Shown piece after piece: positions 1 through 9,340 of a stretch of 64,000 nt of DNA. The stretch comes from an uncultured Gammaproteobacteria bacterium (GTDB taxonomy: Bacteria; Patescibacteriota; Patescibacteriia; UBA1558; 2-01-FULL-52-15): NCBI GenBank assembly GCA_964402565.1, contig CAYOCJ010000002.1, positions 316,659-380,658 on the forward strand, written 5' to 3'. The notes under the pieces are model-generated. The model saw only the letters and a list, made by a program, of their open reading frames with translations, made no database searches and had not been told where the DNA came from. How positions within the stretch are numbered: the first letter of the stretch is position 1; each line of letters begins with the position of its first letter. The translations under genes were made by a program, and so were the position numbers.

Positions 1-71
1 CAGCTAAGGATGGTACGGTCTATACCGTAACCGTTGATGGAGATACGAAAATAAGCCGCCCGTTCAATGGC

Positions 72-425
72 ATGATCGCCTTAGCAGATATCGCAGTGAA
101 CGATTCTGCCACTGTGAAGGGAACTGTCAATGGTACTCAGATCGCTGCTAAGTATGTAGTGGTCACTCCGCAGAATACCCATGCTGCGAAAGCTCGTGGA
201 TCAGTTACTGCAGTGAATGGTTCTGTAATCACCATTCAGGGTAATGACCATGGTATCCCGTATAATGTAACGGTGAATACTAATGCTGACACAACAGTGA
301 AGGGCACAAGTACTGCCACCTCAACTGTCGCCGACATTCATGTCGGAAGCAAGATCACGGTGAAGGGCTTGTGGGATGAGATCCTGAACGTCCTGAATGC
401 CATCAAGATCCGTATCTGGAAATAA
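72..425 (+). CDS. hypothetical protein with repeated T-V-K-G-T / T-V-N-G motifs (beta-rich, possibly secreted); 5' end may lie outside the window
   Basis: 117-aa ORF followed by a clean rho-independent terminator. No recognisable catalytic motif. Confidence 0.45.
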   Translation: MIALADIAVNDSATVKGTVNGTQIAAKYVVVTPQNTHAAKARGSVTAVNGSVITIQGNDHGIPYNVTVNTNADTTVKGTSTATSTVADIHVGSKITVKGLWDEILNVLNAIKIRIWK

Positions 426-449
426 GCTCTATCGATCACATACCAAAAA

Positions 450-476
450 CACGCCTCATACGAGGCGTGTTTTTTA
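450..476 (+). terminator. rho-independent terminator
   Basis: Hairpin cacgcctc-atac-gaggcgtg followed by tttttt. Confidence 0.7.
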
Positions 477-702
477 TACAGCAAATTTGATAATGATAAC
501 CGACCCCGCGAAGATCAACGCACCGCCTATGAGCGCATAGATAAAACCCGCATTCATAGCATGTGAGTATTTGAAAAATATACTGGCGGACCGCTCTTAC
601 GGCGAGTCTCGCCATCCGCCTAGGGCGGATCGCTGCTGCCCGTTCGAATCCTTTATCTAACTATTGCTTTCTATACTCATCTTCGATGAGCCCAGAAAGC
701 AA

Positions 703-790
703 TGGCGGAGAGTGAGGGATTCGAACCCTCGGTACCTTGCGGTACACACGCTTTCCAAGCGTGCGCACTAGACCACTATGCGAACTCTCC
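703..790 (-). tRNA. tRNA-Ser (GGA)
   Basis: Reverse complement reads GGAGAGT...CACGC-TTGGAAA-GCGTG...GAGGG-TTCGAAT-CCCTC-ACTCTCC-G-CCA. It has a long variable arm, anticodon GGA and an encoded CCA. Confidence 0.85.
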
Positions 791-865
791 GAGTCGTACA
801 GAGTATAAAAGGGTTGGGAGTGCGTGTCAATTGATTACTTAGCGAATATCAGTATACTGAAGGCA

Positions 866-1681
866 ATGAAAACAATCTTCATCACCGGCGCTTCATCAGG
901 CATTGGCAAAGCAGCCGCCAACTATTTTTCTGCTCGAGGTTGGAATGTTGCGGCAACCATGCGTTCACCGGCGAAGGAGCATGAATTGACCAAGGTAGAG
1001 AATATAAAACTCTACCAATTGGATGTTACTGATCAAAAAAGTATCGATGAAGCTTTGGATCGCGCGATTGAGGATTTTGGAAAAATTGATGTGCTTGTGA
1101 ATAATGCGGGTTATGGGGTCGATGGGGTCTTCGAGGCTATGTCTGATGATGTGATCCAAAAGCAATTTGATACTAATGTTTTTGGTTTGATGCGGGTTAC
1201 GCGCGCGATCATCCCGCATATGCGTGCATGGGGCGGCGGCACCATTATACAACTCGCCTCAATGGGAGGCCGGCTTACTTTTCCTTTTTACAGCATCTAT
1301 CATGCCAGTAAATGGGCGGTTGAAGGCTTCTCTGAATCACTGCGATACGAATTGCGTCAATTTAACATTAAGATCCGGGCGATAGAGCCGGGTACTATCA
1401 AAACGGAATTCTATGGCCGCAGTCGCCTGGCTATAGCCCCTGCTGAGCTAGCTATGTATGTTAAAGATTTGAAATGGGCCGATATTGTTTCGCAGGGCTC
1501 AGGTCATTCCGGCGTGTCGCCGGATGTGGTGGCGAAGGCTATATATCGGGCAGCTGTGAGTACGGGTAATCGTTTCCGCTATCCTGTTGGCAGGCCGGCA
1601 CCAGTGCTTCTGATCGCAAAAAAATTACTCCCTGAGCGTGTTTTTTTCTTCCTGGTCCGCAAAGCCTATCGCATCGATTAA
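866..1681 (+). CDS. SDR-family short-chain dehydrogenase/reductase
   Basis: TGASSGIGKAAA Rossmann motif, an NNAG motif, catalytic YxxxK (YHASK). The start is more likely MKTIF at 866 than the ORF-track start at 824. Confidence 0.85.
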   Translation: MKTIFITGASSGIGKAAANYFSARGWNVAATMRSPAKEHELTKVENIKLYQLDVTDQKSIDEALDRAIEDFGKIDVLVNNAGYGVDGVFEAMSDDVIQKQFDTNVFGLMRVTRAIIPHMRAWGGGTIIQLASMGGRLTFPFYSIYHASKWAVEGFSESLRYELRQFNIKIRAIEPGTIKTEFYGRSRLAIAPAELAMYVKDLKWADIVSQGSGHSGVSPDVVAKAIYRAAVSTGNRFRYPVGRPAPVLLIAKKLLPERVFFFLVRKAYRID

Positions 1682-1725
1682 ACAATTGATTCCTGGTCTG
1701 AAATCGGTTACTATTGAGTAGCTCT

Positions 1726-3171
1726 ATGCCAAAAGACACTATATCCCAATCAATTACCAAGCGTGCTGACGATTTTTCGCAGTGGTATTTGGATGTTATT
1801 GCCGCCGCTGACTTAGCCGAACATTCTGAAATTAAAGGATCGATGATCATCAAGCCCTATGGCTATGCGATCTGGGAGCGCATGCAAAAAGTGTTAGATG
1901 AACGCATCAAGGCAACAGGCCATGAGAATGCTTATTTTCCAATGCTTATCCCGGAAAGCTATTTGCATCGCGAGAAGGAGCATGTAGAAGGATTTTCTCC
2001 GGAGCTTGCGGTAGTGACGCATGCAGGCGGTGCGAAGTTAGATGAACCGCTGGTGGTACGCCCTACCTCTGAAACCATCATGTACGCTTCATTCTCTCGC
2101 TGGATACAATCATGGCGCGACTTGCCGCTGCTGATCAATCAATGGGCAAATGTCGTTCGCTGGGAACTGAGACCGCGGTTATTTTTACGTACAACTGAAT
2201 TTCTCTGGCAGGAAGGCCATACCGCACATCGTACTGAAAATGAGGCAGAGGAGGAGGCAAAGAAAATGCTGGAGGAGTATCGCCTATTCGTCGAGAAGTA
2301 CTTAGCCATACCCGTGATTGCAGGACAGAAAACGGACGCAGAGAAATTTGCGGGCGCTTTGCGAACGTATACGGTCGAAGCCTTGATGCCTGATGGCAAA
2401 GCTTTGCAGATGGGAACGTCACATAATTTAGGTCAAAACTTTGCGAAAGTGTTTGATGTAAAATTCCTTGACGAAGATAATACCCAGAAATATGTCTGGC
2501 AGACCAGCTGGGGTGTCTCGACCCGAATGGTCGGCGGCTTGATCATGTCGCATAGCGATGACAAAGGTTTGGTGCTGCCGCCGAAGGTAGCACCCATACA
2601 AGTTGTTATTATTCCTATTGCCAAGAGTGATGATGAACGCGCGAGTGTCATGAAAATGGTGCATCACGTCGAACAGCAAATGCTCGCGGCAGATATCAGA
2701 GTGAAAGTGGATCTCAGAGAAGGTCAGACCTTTGGTGAAAAAGCATATTACTGGGAGAAGCGCGGCGTGCCGATCCGGATCGAGATCGGACCAAAAGATA
2801 TCGAGAAGAAGCAGGCTGTTGTTGTTCGCAGAGACATGTCAGAGAAGACTCCTGTTGCGTTTGATGCGCTTGTGGCCAATTGTGCGAAGCAGCTGCAGGA
2901 TATGCAAGCTATGCTCTATGATGCAGCACAGAAGAGGAGAGATCAGAAGTCAGTATTCGTAGAAAATTATGCTGATTTCACTGATGCAATTGAGAAGGGT
3001 ATGCTCGTCTACGCTCCTTGGGCAGGCAGCAGCGAGGATGAAGCCCAGATCAAAGCAGAAACCAAGGCAACGATCCGATGTATACCGTTTGAATCTCAGT
3101 ATACAGGGGGTACCTGCATCAAAACCGGAGCTCAGACCAAGGTAGTGGCTGTGTTCGCCAAGTCATACTAG
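1726..3171 (+). CDS. proS: proline--tRNA ligase (archaeal/eukaryote-like type)
   Basis: Class II aaRS motifs (FRxE-like RTTEFLWQEGHT, anticodon-binding region). The roughly 480-aa length and the ending AVFAKSY are typical of the short archaeal-type ProRS. The ATG at 1726 is preferred over the TTG at 1714. Confidence 0.85.
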   Translation: MPKDTISQSITKRADDFSQWYLDVIAAADLAEHSEIKGSMIIKPYGYAIWERMQKVLDERIKATGHENAYFPMLIPESYLHREKEHVEGFSPELAVVTHAGGAKLDEPLVVRPTSETIMYASFSRWIQSWRDLPLLINQWANVVRWELRPRLFLRTTEFLWQEGHTAHRTENEAEEEAKKMLEEYRLFVEKYLAIPVIAGQKTDAEKFAGALRTYTVEALMPDGKALQMGTSHNLGQNFAKVFDVKFLDEDNTQKYVWQTSWGVSTRMVGGLIMSHSDDKGLVLPPKVAPIQVVIIPIAKSDDERASVMKMVHHVEQQMLAADIRVKVDLREGQTFGEKAYYWEKRGVPIRIEIGPKDIEKKQAVVVRRDMSEKTPVAFDALVANCAKQLQDMQAMLYDAAQKRRDQKSVFVENYADFTDAIEKGMLVYAPWAGSSEDEAQIKAETKATIRCIPFESQYTGGTCIKTGAQTKVVAVFAKSY

Positions 3172-3196
3172 CTGTGAACCCTGTTGACATCCTCCC

Positions 3197-3224
3197 TTTG
3201 CAATCTTTCGGAAAGTGCTATAAT
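3197..3224 (+). promoter_or_regulatory. sigma70-like promoter (TTTGCA, 16 nt, extended -10 TGcTATAAT)
   Basis: tttgca at 3197-3202 and tgctataat at 3216-3224 upstream of the HU gene. TTGACA at 3184 is too far (29 nt) to be the -35. Confidence 0.5.
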
Positions 3225-3257
3225 ACCTAGGTTAATTAATAAACCATAAAAAACGTT

Positions 3258-3539
3258 ATGGCAAAGATGACTAAATCACAGATGTTGGCAGCTCTCGCTG
3301 AGAAGTCTGGCCACTCTAAGAAAGATGTCGGCATGCTGGTCGAAGCTATGGTCAATATGGCCTATGCTGAAGTTAAGAAGAATGGCGAATTCACCATTCC
3401 GGGCATCGGCAAGCTGGTTAAACAGCATCGTAAGGCTCGCATGGGCAGAAACCCGGCAACCGGCCAAGAGATCCAGATTCCAGCTAAGACTGTCTGCAAG
3501 TTCCGCGTAGCAAAGGCTGCAAAGGACGCAATTTTGTAA
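3258..3539 (+). CDS. hup: HU-family DNA-binding protein
   Basis: 93 aa. Carries the GFGKF-like arm region (IPGIGKL), RKARMGRNPATGQEIQIPA and the overall HU/IHF signature. Confidence 0.9.
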   Translation: MAKMTKSQMLAALAEKSGHSKKDVGMLVEAMVNMAYAEVKKNGEFTIPGIGKLVKQHRKARMGRNPATGQEIQIPAKTVCKFRVAKAAKDAIL

Positions 3540-3560
3540 GGCATACTGTACAGAACTAAA

Positions 3561-3590
3561 AAGAAGCCTCCGTAAGGAGGCTTCTTAGTT
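3561..3590 (+). terminator. hairpin terminator (weak T-tract)
   Basis: aagaagcctcc-gtaa-ggaggcttctt. Confidence 0.45.
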
Positions 3591-3658
3591 TATGGAAAGA
3601 AAAAAGCACCGAGGAGGGGTTAGAACCCTCTGAACCCGGTGCTTCCATGCAGGGAAGA

Positions 3659-3955
3659 TCAGCGTGCGGAAAGTGCCGCCGTCGCGTCGACGATGGGGGC
3701 GGTCTTCGGCGCCCTCAGAACCTTCTTGATGAAGTAGGTTCGATTGTTGGGGCCGGGGATCCTGCCTCTCACGCCATGGACGTGAACGTACTCGCCTTCC
3801 CGGCGGTTCACGATCGCTTTCGCGATCTGACCTCCTGAGGAATTGGCGGTGTACTCGCCGTGGTCCCCTCCGACGCGGGAATCGGTCGTGAAGTAGTGAC
3901 ACTCCACGATGTCAACGCGGTCGCCTTCGCGCACCATCTTGCCCAATTTGTGCAT
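3659..3955 (-). CDS. small hypothetical protein encoded in a GC-rich islet
   Basis: An internal Met (MHKLGKM...) gives about 99 aa. Local GC is visibly higher than in the flanking hup and dnaG. No motif recognised. Confidence 0.35.
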   Translation of the reverse strand: MHKLGKMVREGDRVDIVECHYFTTDSRVGGDHGEYTANSSGGQIAKAIVNRREGEYVHVHGVRGRIPGPNNRTYFIKKVLRAPKTAPIVDATAALSAR

Positions 3956-4140
3956 CCAGCTGTCTCCTTTTTTTGGTTCGGTCGGTATAGACACGAGAAC
4001 AGAAACAAAGCGTCTGGTGCACCTCCTTGTGTTTCGGAAACGTATATAAAGATCAGAGTACAACAAGGCACTATACAATGCTGATCGCCATTTGTCAATA
4101 GTTTTTTGCATAAAACCCCAAAGGGAAGTAGAATTGCGAC

Positions 4141-5910
4141 ATGACTCCTATCGAGGAAATTAAATCAAAACTCGCCATCGAGCAGGTGATCGGGGAGTAT
4201 ATCTCATTGAAGCAATCAGGGATGAATTGGAAAGGCCTATGTCCTTTCCACCAGGAAAAGACGCCTTCATTCATGGTCAGCCAGGATAAGCAGATCTGGC
4301 ATTGCTTCGGATGTAATGAGGGCGGTGATGTCATTACCTTTGTTCAAAAGTATGAAGGCATGGAGTTCCGCGAGGCGGCCCAGCTTCTGGCACAGAAGGC
4401 TGGTGTTGTCCTGACCGGTTTCGCGGTGCCTGATCAAAGCAAGAAGAAGCAGCTTCAGGACATCAATGCGGCTGCAGAAGAGTACTATGTACGAGAGCTG
4501 AAAGGAGATTCTCAGGCAGCAAAAAAGACGAGAGACTATCTCACGAGCCGCGGCCTGACGGTCGAGACTATGCAAGGATGGAACCTGGGGCTTTCGCCTG
4601 ACTCGTGGGAAGGGTTGCTGGCCTTTTTGAAAGAAAAGAAGTACCCGGTTGTAGATATGGTAGCAGCAGGTTTGGTTATTTCGAGAGAACAGAAGTACTA
4701 TGACCGATTTCGCAGGCGATTGATGTTCCCTATCACTGATGCTCAGGGCAATGTCGTCGCTTTTACTGCCCGTACCCTCCAGTATATAGCCTATGATGAA
4801 GAAGATGCGCAGGGAAAGTACGTTAATAGCCCGGGCACACAGCTCTATAATAAAAGCCAGGTGCTCTATGGTTTTGATAAAGCTAAGCATGCGATCAAGC
4901 GCGCCGGATATGCGATCATAGTCGAGGGCAATATGGATGCCATCATGTCGCATCAGGCCGGCGTCCAAAATGTAGTAGCTGTTTCAGGCACAGCGTTAAC
5001 TCCGGATCAGCTGAAAATATTAAAACGATACACAGAAAATATTATTTTAGCGTTCGATTCCGATTCTGCTGGTTCTCAAGCAGTGTTTCGGGGAGTTACG
5101 TTAGCATGGGAGAATGACATGAATGTGAAGGTCATCGTGCTTACCGAAGGCAAGGATCCGGCCGAGATTATCCAGAAAGATCCGGCTCTCTGGAAGGAAG
5201 CGATACGTACTTCGATCGGTGTAGTGGATTTTTATATCGATGCGATATTCAAACGCGTTGATCTGAGCCGTGCGGACCACAAAAAGATCGCAGCGCAGAG
5301 GATAGTCGGCATTATCAATAAATTAAAAACGAAGATCGAACAGTCGCATTATGTGACCTTGCTCGCACAAAAACTGCAGATGCCGGAAAGCGTGCTCCAG
5401 ACTATGGTGCAGGAGCCGCAGGCAGCAGCTGAGCCTATTGCGCAAGAAACGCCCTGGTCTGATTCGAAAAAAGGGTCTGCATTTTACTCGGAACAATTGC
5501 TTTCATTTATTTTGCAATACCCGGACCTTGGCCGGGCCATCGTTGATGAGGTTGAGCAGGAGTTCCTATCGGAGGACACGAGGGACCTTTACAAGAAAAT
5601 CATACTTCAGTATACTAAGAACCAATTGTTGAACTTTCTTGAACTAAGCTCCGAGCTATCGCCAGATGAGTTGCGTCGCTGGAGCGAACTGGTTTTCCAA
5701 GGAGAGCGAAATTACGGAGCATTGCTCCCAGAACAGCGCGTACATGAACTCGAACGGTTGCGCGGTCTCGTCCTTCACGCCCATTATACGAATCAGCTTC
5801 AGGAATTAACTGAAGCGATCAAGCGTGCAGAGCAGGCCGGTGACCAGAGTAGCGTCGAAACGCTGATGCATGCCTATCATGCACTAAGCAAAAAAAGAGC
5901 GAGTAGATAG
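4141..5910 (+). CDS. dnaG: DNA primase
   Basis: CHC2 zinc finger (CPFHQEKTPSF...HCFGC) and TOPRIM (EGNMDAI, LAFDSDSAG), directly upstream of rpoD. Confidence 0.92.
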   Translation: MTPIEEIKSKLAIEQVIGEYISLKQSGMNWKGLCPFHQEKTPSFMVSQDKQIWHCFGCNEGGDVITFVQKYEGMEFREAAQLLAQKAGVVLTGFAVPDQSKKKQLQDINAAAEEYYVRELKGDSQAAKKTRDYLTSRGLTVETMQGWNLGLSPDSWEGLLAFLKEKKYPVVDMVAAGLVISREQKYYDRFRRRLMFPITDAQGNVVAFTARTLQYIAYDEEDAQGKYVNSPGTQLYNKSQVLYGFDKAKHAIKRAGYAIIVEGNMDAIMSHQAGVQNVVAVSGTALTPDQLKILKRYTENIILAFDSDSAGSQAVFRGVTLAWENDMNVKVIVLTEGKDPAEIIQKDPALWKEAIRTSIGVVDFYIDAIFKRVDLSRADHKKIAAQRIVGIINKLKTKIEQSHYVTLLAQKLQMPESVLQTMVQEPQAAAEPIAQETPWSDSKKGSAFYSEQLLSFILQYPDLGRAIVDEVEQEFLSEDTRDLYKKIILQYTKNQLLNFLELSSELSPDELRRWSELVFQGERNYGALLPEQRVHELERLRGLVLHAHYTNQLQELTEAIKRAEQAGDQSSVETLMHAYHALSKKRASR

Positions 5911-5916
5911 CACTCT

Positions 5917-7128
5917 ATGCCAAAGAAAAAGAACCCTCTCAAAAAAAAGATCGTCGCAAAGAAGAAAGCCAAGGACGCGAAATCAAAGCGTTCATCGGCA
6001 AAAAAAATTCGCAATGCCGGGCCGCGGGTCCGCTCTGTTTTGGATAAGAATGCAGTTGACCGGTTGATCGAAAAAGGCAGATCTCGAAGCTTCGTAACTG
6101 AGAATGAACTGATACGGGTTTTCGTGGAAGTCGAGGATCATATTGATGAGTTCGAGGATTTCCTCGATGATCTGGACATCATGGGAGTACAAGTTGTGTC
6201 CATGGAGGGTGGTATTTTGGACATTGGCAAAGATGATCGTACGTCCAAGGTATTTAGCGAGGCAGGCATTGCCCGCGATAAGAAGCGCATGGACCTTTCT
6301 GATATATCGGCCGACTCTATTCAGATGTATCTGCGCGAGATCGGTAAGGTGCCGCTGTTGAACCAGGAGGAAGAAGTGATTTATGCGAAGTTGAAAGAAA
6401 AGGGAGACGCTGAGGCGCGAAAAAAACTCGTTGAGTCCAACTTGCGACTCGTGGTATCAATTGCAAAGAAATTTACCGGCCGATCTCTGACCTTGCTTGA
6501 TCTAATTCAGGAAGGCAATATTGGCTTATTCCGCGCCGTTGATAAATTCGACTATCGCAAGGGGTATAAATTCTCAACCTATGCAACGTGGTGGATACGC
6601 CAGGCGATTACCCGGGCACTTGCAGACCAATCACGCACGATCCGCATTCCGGTCCACATGGTAGAAACGATCAATCGCTTCCAGCAAGTGCAGCGCAGGC
6701 TGATACAAGATCTTGGCCGTGAGCCCTTGCCTGAAGAAATCGCCGCAGAAATGGGCGAAGACCTTGACAAAATCAGGCATATCATTAAGATTTCACAGGA
6801 AACTGTTTCACTGGAGACTTCAGTCGGCGAAGATGATGAAGATTCAACGCTCGGAGATTTCATTGAAGATGAGCGGACCATTACGCCTGATCGCGTTGCG
6901 TCATTGCAGCTATTGAAGGATCATGTGTTCTCCATCATCAGAGATCTGACACCTCGCGAACAGAAAATTCTTGCCATGCGGTTCGGCCTTACTGATGGAG
7001 TCGCGCATACGCTTGAAGAAGTAGGACAGGAATTCGGCGTAACGCGCGAACGTATCCGACAGATCGAAGCGAAAGCATTGGAGCGTATACAGGTGCATCG
7101 AGACATGAAAAAGTTAAAGGACTACTAA
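5917..7128 (+). CDS. rpoD: RNA polymerase sigma factor sigma-70
   Basis: Regions 1.2 ([11 protein letters not shown]), 2 ([11 protein letters not shown]...[32 protein letters not shown]) and 4 (LTPREQKIL...TLEEVG). Lys-rich N-terminus. Confidence 0.93.
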   Translation: MPKKKNPLKKKIVAKKKAKDAKSKRSSAKKIRNAGPRVRSVLDKNAVDRLIEKGRSRSFVTENELIRVFVEVEDHIDEFEDFLDDLDIMGVQVVSMEGGILDIGKDDRTSKVFSEAGIARDKKRMDLSDISADSIQMYLREIGKVPLLNQEEEVIYAKLKEKGDAEARKKLVESNLRLVVSIAKKFTGRSLTLLDLIQEGNIGLFRAVDKFDYRKGYKFSTYATWWIRQAITRALADQSRTIRIPVHMVETINRFQQVQRRLIQDLGREPLPEEIAAEMGEDLDKIRHIIKISQETVSLETSVGEDDEDSTLGDFIEDERTITPDRVASLQLLKDHVFSIIRDLTPREQKILAMRFGLTDGVAHTLEEVGQEFGVTRERIRQIEAKALERIQVHRDMKKLKDY

Positions 7129-7149
7129 TCCGCCAGCCGGCGGATTCGT

Positions 7150-7224
7150 CGCGGGATAGAGCAGTGGCAGCTCGCCAGGCCCATAACCTGGAGGTCGGGG
7201 GTTCGAATCCCCCTCCCGCTACCA
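7150..7224 (+). tRNA. tRNA-Met (CAT); C1 is unpaired with position 72, so an initiator or Ile2 (lysidine) identity is not excluded
   Basis: CGCGGGA-TA-GAGC-AGTGGCA-GCTC-G-CCAGG-CCCATAA-CCTGG-AGGTC-GGGGG-TTCGAAT-CCCCC-TCCCGCT-A-CCA. Confidence 0.8.
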
Positions 7225-7268
7225 ACCGATTCACTTCGAAGAAATTGGAAGTGAGCCGAATGGTACCT

Positions 7269-7345
7269 GGCGGGGTAGCTCAGTCGGTTAGAGCGTGGGA
7301 CTCATAAGCCCGAGGTCGGCGGTTCGATTCCGCCCCCCGCTACCA
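7269..7345 (+). tRNA. tRNA-Met (CAT), second copy (elongator/initiator/Ile2 not resolved)
   Basis: GGCGGGG-TA-GCTC-AGTCGGTTA-GAGC...CTCATAA loop...GGCGG-TTCGATT-CCGCC-CCCCGCT-A-CCA, with a G1-U72 wobble. Confidence 0.8.
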
Positions 7346-7468
7346 AATCAGCCCTTAGGGTTGTTTTTTGTTAATATTGACAAAAACATAAAAAAGTGTT
7401 ACTATTGAATGTTCAAAACTTGAACCTGTTATTTCACAAAACGCATCATAGTGCGTGGGGGGTATATC

Positions 7469-8347
7469 ATGCGAGACGACGGAAAGATCTTTCGCCAGGA
7501 TGGAAAGACGATCGTCCAGATCCAGGGGCATAGCAGCCTCGGTTCGCTGCCGGGCGTTCGCTGTCTGGATCCGGAGGCCGAGGAAGAAAAGCGCATCTAC
7601 GAGAAGGTCTTCATCAAGAAGAAGGTCTACCTTCCCGGCGAGTATGACCAAGCAGTCAGCGAACAGCTGAAAGGCAAGGACATCGTCGTCCTGGGCATGA
7701 ACGGCTACAGCGGCTTGTCCGACGAGCTGTGCGCGGCCTGGGGCGTCAAGCCCGGAGGATATGAGGCTGCGTGTGCGGCCATCCTTCGGTCAACGACCAA
7801 GCTGCTTCAGGCGAAGTTCCCGGGTGTCGACATTCGCTTCGCACACGGCGCCTCGGACTTGGGAGTCGATCGGGCGATCATCGAGGTTGCCAACGGTTTG
7901 AATCGACCTCAGCTCGGGCACAGTTGTCCGCACTTCATGTTCTACGTCGAAGACGATGACATCCCGGTCTACGTCGCCAAGGACCAGGCTGCGTATTCGC
8001 TCGCGTTCATTTCGTCGCTCGACATCCTGATCGCTGCCAACGGCAGGATCCAGTCGTTCGAGCACGATATCGACGCAGCCTTCAAGAAGTTGAAGCATGT
8101 CATTCCGGTGAATGTGCTGCGCAGCATCTCGACCAACGGTGGTCCGCCGGCAGTCGGTCCTGACGGCAAGATCAACGATGCGGTCGCCGCCTTCGAGCAG
8201 CACGTGCATCTTGTGTCCCAGCACTTCGGTTCGTTGAATTACAATTCGGCGAACATGTTCCCGAGCCTCGTCGAACACGTCAACGTGGTCGTCGAGCACA
8301 TCGGGCGGCAAATCCTGTCGCCTGATCGTGCGTTCGCAGCATTCTGA
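7469..8347 (+). CDS. SLOG / DprA-like Rossmann-fold protein (hypothetical), GC-rich islet gene 1
   Basis: RBS gggggtatatc-ATG. The motifs HGASDLGVDRAIIEVANG and FISSLDILIAANGRIQS resemble the DprA/SLOG GxxxGxD...A and SxL...A...S signatures. No DprA C-terminal winged helix is seen. Confidence 0.45.
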   Translation: MRDDGKIFRQDGKTIVQIQGHSSLGSLPGVRCLDPEAEEEKRIYEKVFIKKKVYLPGEYDQAVSEQLKGKDIVVLGMNGYSGLSDELCAAWGVKPGGYEAACAAILRSTTKLLQAKFPGVDIRFAHGASDLGVDRAIIEVANGLNRPQLGHSCPHFMFYVEDDDIPVYVAKDQAAYSLAFISSLDILIAANGRIQSFEHDIDAAFKKLKHVIPVNVLRSISTNGGPPAVGPDGKINDAVAAFEQHVHLVSQHFGSLNYNSANMFPSLVEHVNVVVEHIGRQILSPDRAFAAF

Positions 8348-8411
8348 CCCTCTACGAATTCCTCGAACGGGATCGACGGTCATACCACAACCAAGGATAA
8401 AGGAGAAGTGC

Positions 8412-8873
8412 ATGAGAATCGCGATGATCTCGTACAACATGTTCGTGATCCGCGAGGCGAACGGCTGGAAAACCAACGGCGACAATGCCGTTCTGCTGCT
8501 GCAGAACACGTCGGGCAAGACGTGGGGCCTGACTCAGTTCGGCCTCACGCCCCGCGAATGGTCGAATGAGGCCGGCGCCATCGTTGACCCGCTGTGGAAG
8601 CAGCTCGAAAGCGAGCTGCCGACGATCGAGAAGGTCGTCTTCTACGTCGGGAGCGACGGAGCAGAGCGGGTCATCGAGCTCGCCGCGGATCATGGCCTCA
8701 CGCCTGACCGTGCCGTCTTCGTCTGCTGCAGCTGCAATGCTCGCACCAAGAGGGAGGTGATCAGTTCCCGCGGATTTTCCGGGTCGCCGATCCTCCACGC
8801 GGTCTGCGGCGGACACGACGAGATGCGTAACATCTACAACAACGTTCTCAACCACGGTAACCTCTCGAGCTGA
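8412..8873 (+). CDS. hypothetical protein, GC-rich islet gene 2
   Basis: RBS aaggagaagtgc-ATG. 154 aa. Co-directional, 64 nt after the SLOG-like gene. Confidence 0.5.
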   Translation: MRIAMISYNMFVIREANGWKTNGDNAVLLLQNTSGKTWGLTQFGLTPREWSNEAGAIVDPLWKQLESELPTIEKVVFYVGSDGAERVIELAADHGLTPDRAVFVCCSCNARTKREVISSRGFSGSPILHAVCGGHDEMRNIYNNVLNHGNLSS

Positions 8874-8929
8874 TCGAGGGGACGCCAACACGAGGAGCCC
8901 CGTGCCAGACTAATAATCTGCGCGGGGCT

Positions 8930-9277
8930 CTAAACATTTTTTTCAAGAAATTCTTTGAGCAGCTTTCGATGGCAATAGCCATCTTTTTTGCAATGGCAGA
9001 GTAAGGTCAGGGTATTGTAGCAACTTTCCTCATAGAGACTTTCGAGCAACGGTTGCAGTTTCTTGTTCTCTAATTGCTTTAGATATTCTTCTTTGAACAA
9101 TTCCCAGCTGTATTTGGTTCCTTTCCAATTCGCCATGAGTTCAAGCGGGCTTCCGAGCTCGCGAAACCATGCATCCACCTTTGCTTCGCGGGAGGCATCC
9201 GGCCAATAGTAACTTACCAGGATGCGCTTGCCATCGCGCTCGTTGATCGCCTCAGATAACGATTTTATTTGCAGCAT
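8930..9277 (-). CDS. DUF488-family protein
   Basis: The W..GKISWEEF...PVTLLCxCK...HCHR-like pattern (WKGTKYSWELF...LTLLCHCKKDGYCHRKLL). An internal Met start avoids overlap with the divergent gene. Confidence 0.6.
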   Translation of the reverse strand: MLQIKSLSEAINERDGKRILVSYYWPDASREAKVDAWFRELGSPLELMANWKGTKYSWELFKEEYLKQLENKKLQPLLESLYEESCYNTLTLLCHCKKDGYCHRKLLKEFLEKNV

Positions 9278-9340
9278 GCCCAGAGTGTAGCATGGAGATA
9301 CTGTTGGTACAACATTTCGACTTGTGATAGTATAATCGTT

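Noticed and set aside
3184-3189. TTGACA at 3184 as the -35 of the hup promoter
   Set aside because: It is 29 nt from the TATAAT. TTTGCA at 3197 with a 16-nt spacer and an extended -10 fits better.
4267-4968. 233-aa minus ORF inside dnaG, and similar antisense ORFs inside proS, rpoD, the MacA-like gene and the helicase
   Set aside because: They are embedded in strongly supported conserved genes and have no RBS.
7150-7224. Calling the first tRNA(CAT) definitively tRNA-fMet
   Set aside because: The unpaired C1 is suggestive, but the anticodon stem lacks the three consecutive G-C pairs. The identity is left open.
7790-8891. Antisense ORFs 7790..8518 and 8352..8891 in the GC-rich islet
   Set aside because: The + strand genes have RBS-ATG contexts and form a co-directional pair. 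The minus ORFs are Arg/Asp low-complexity sequence.
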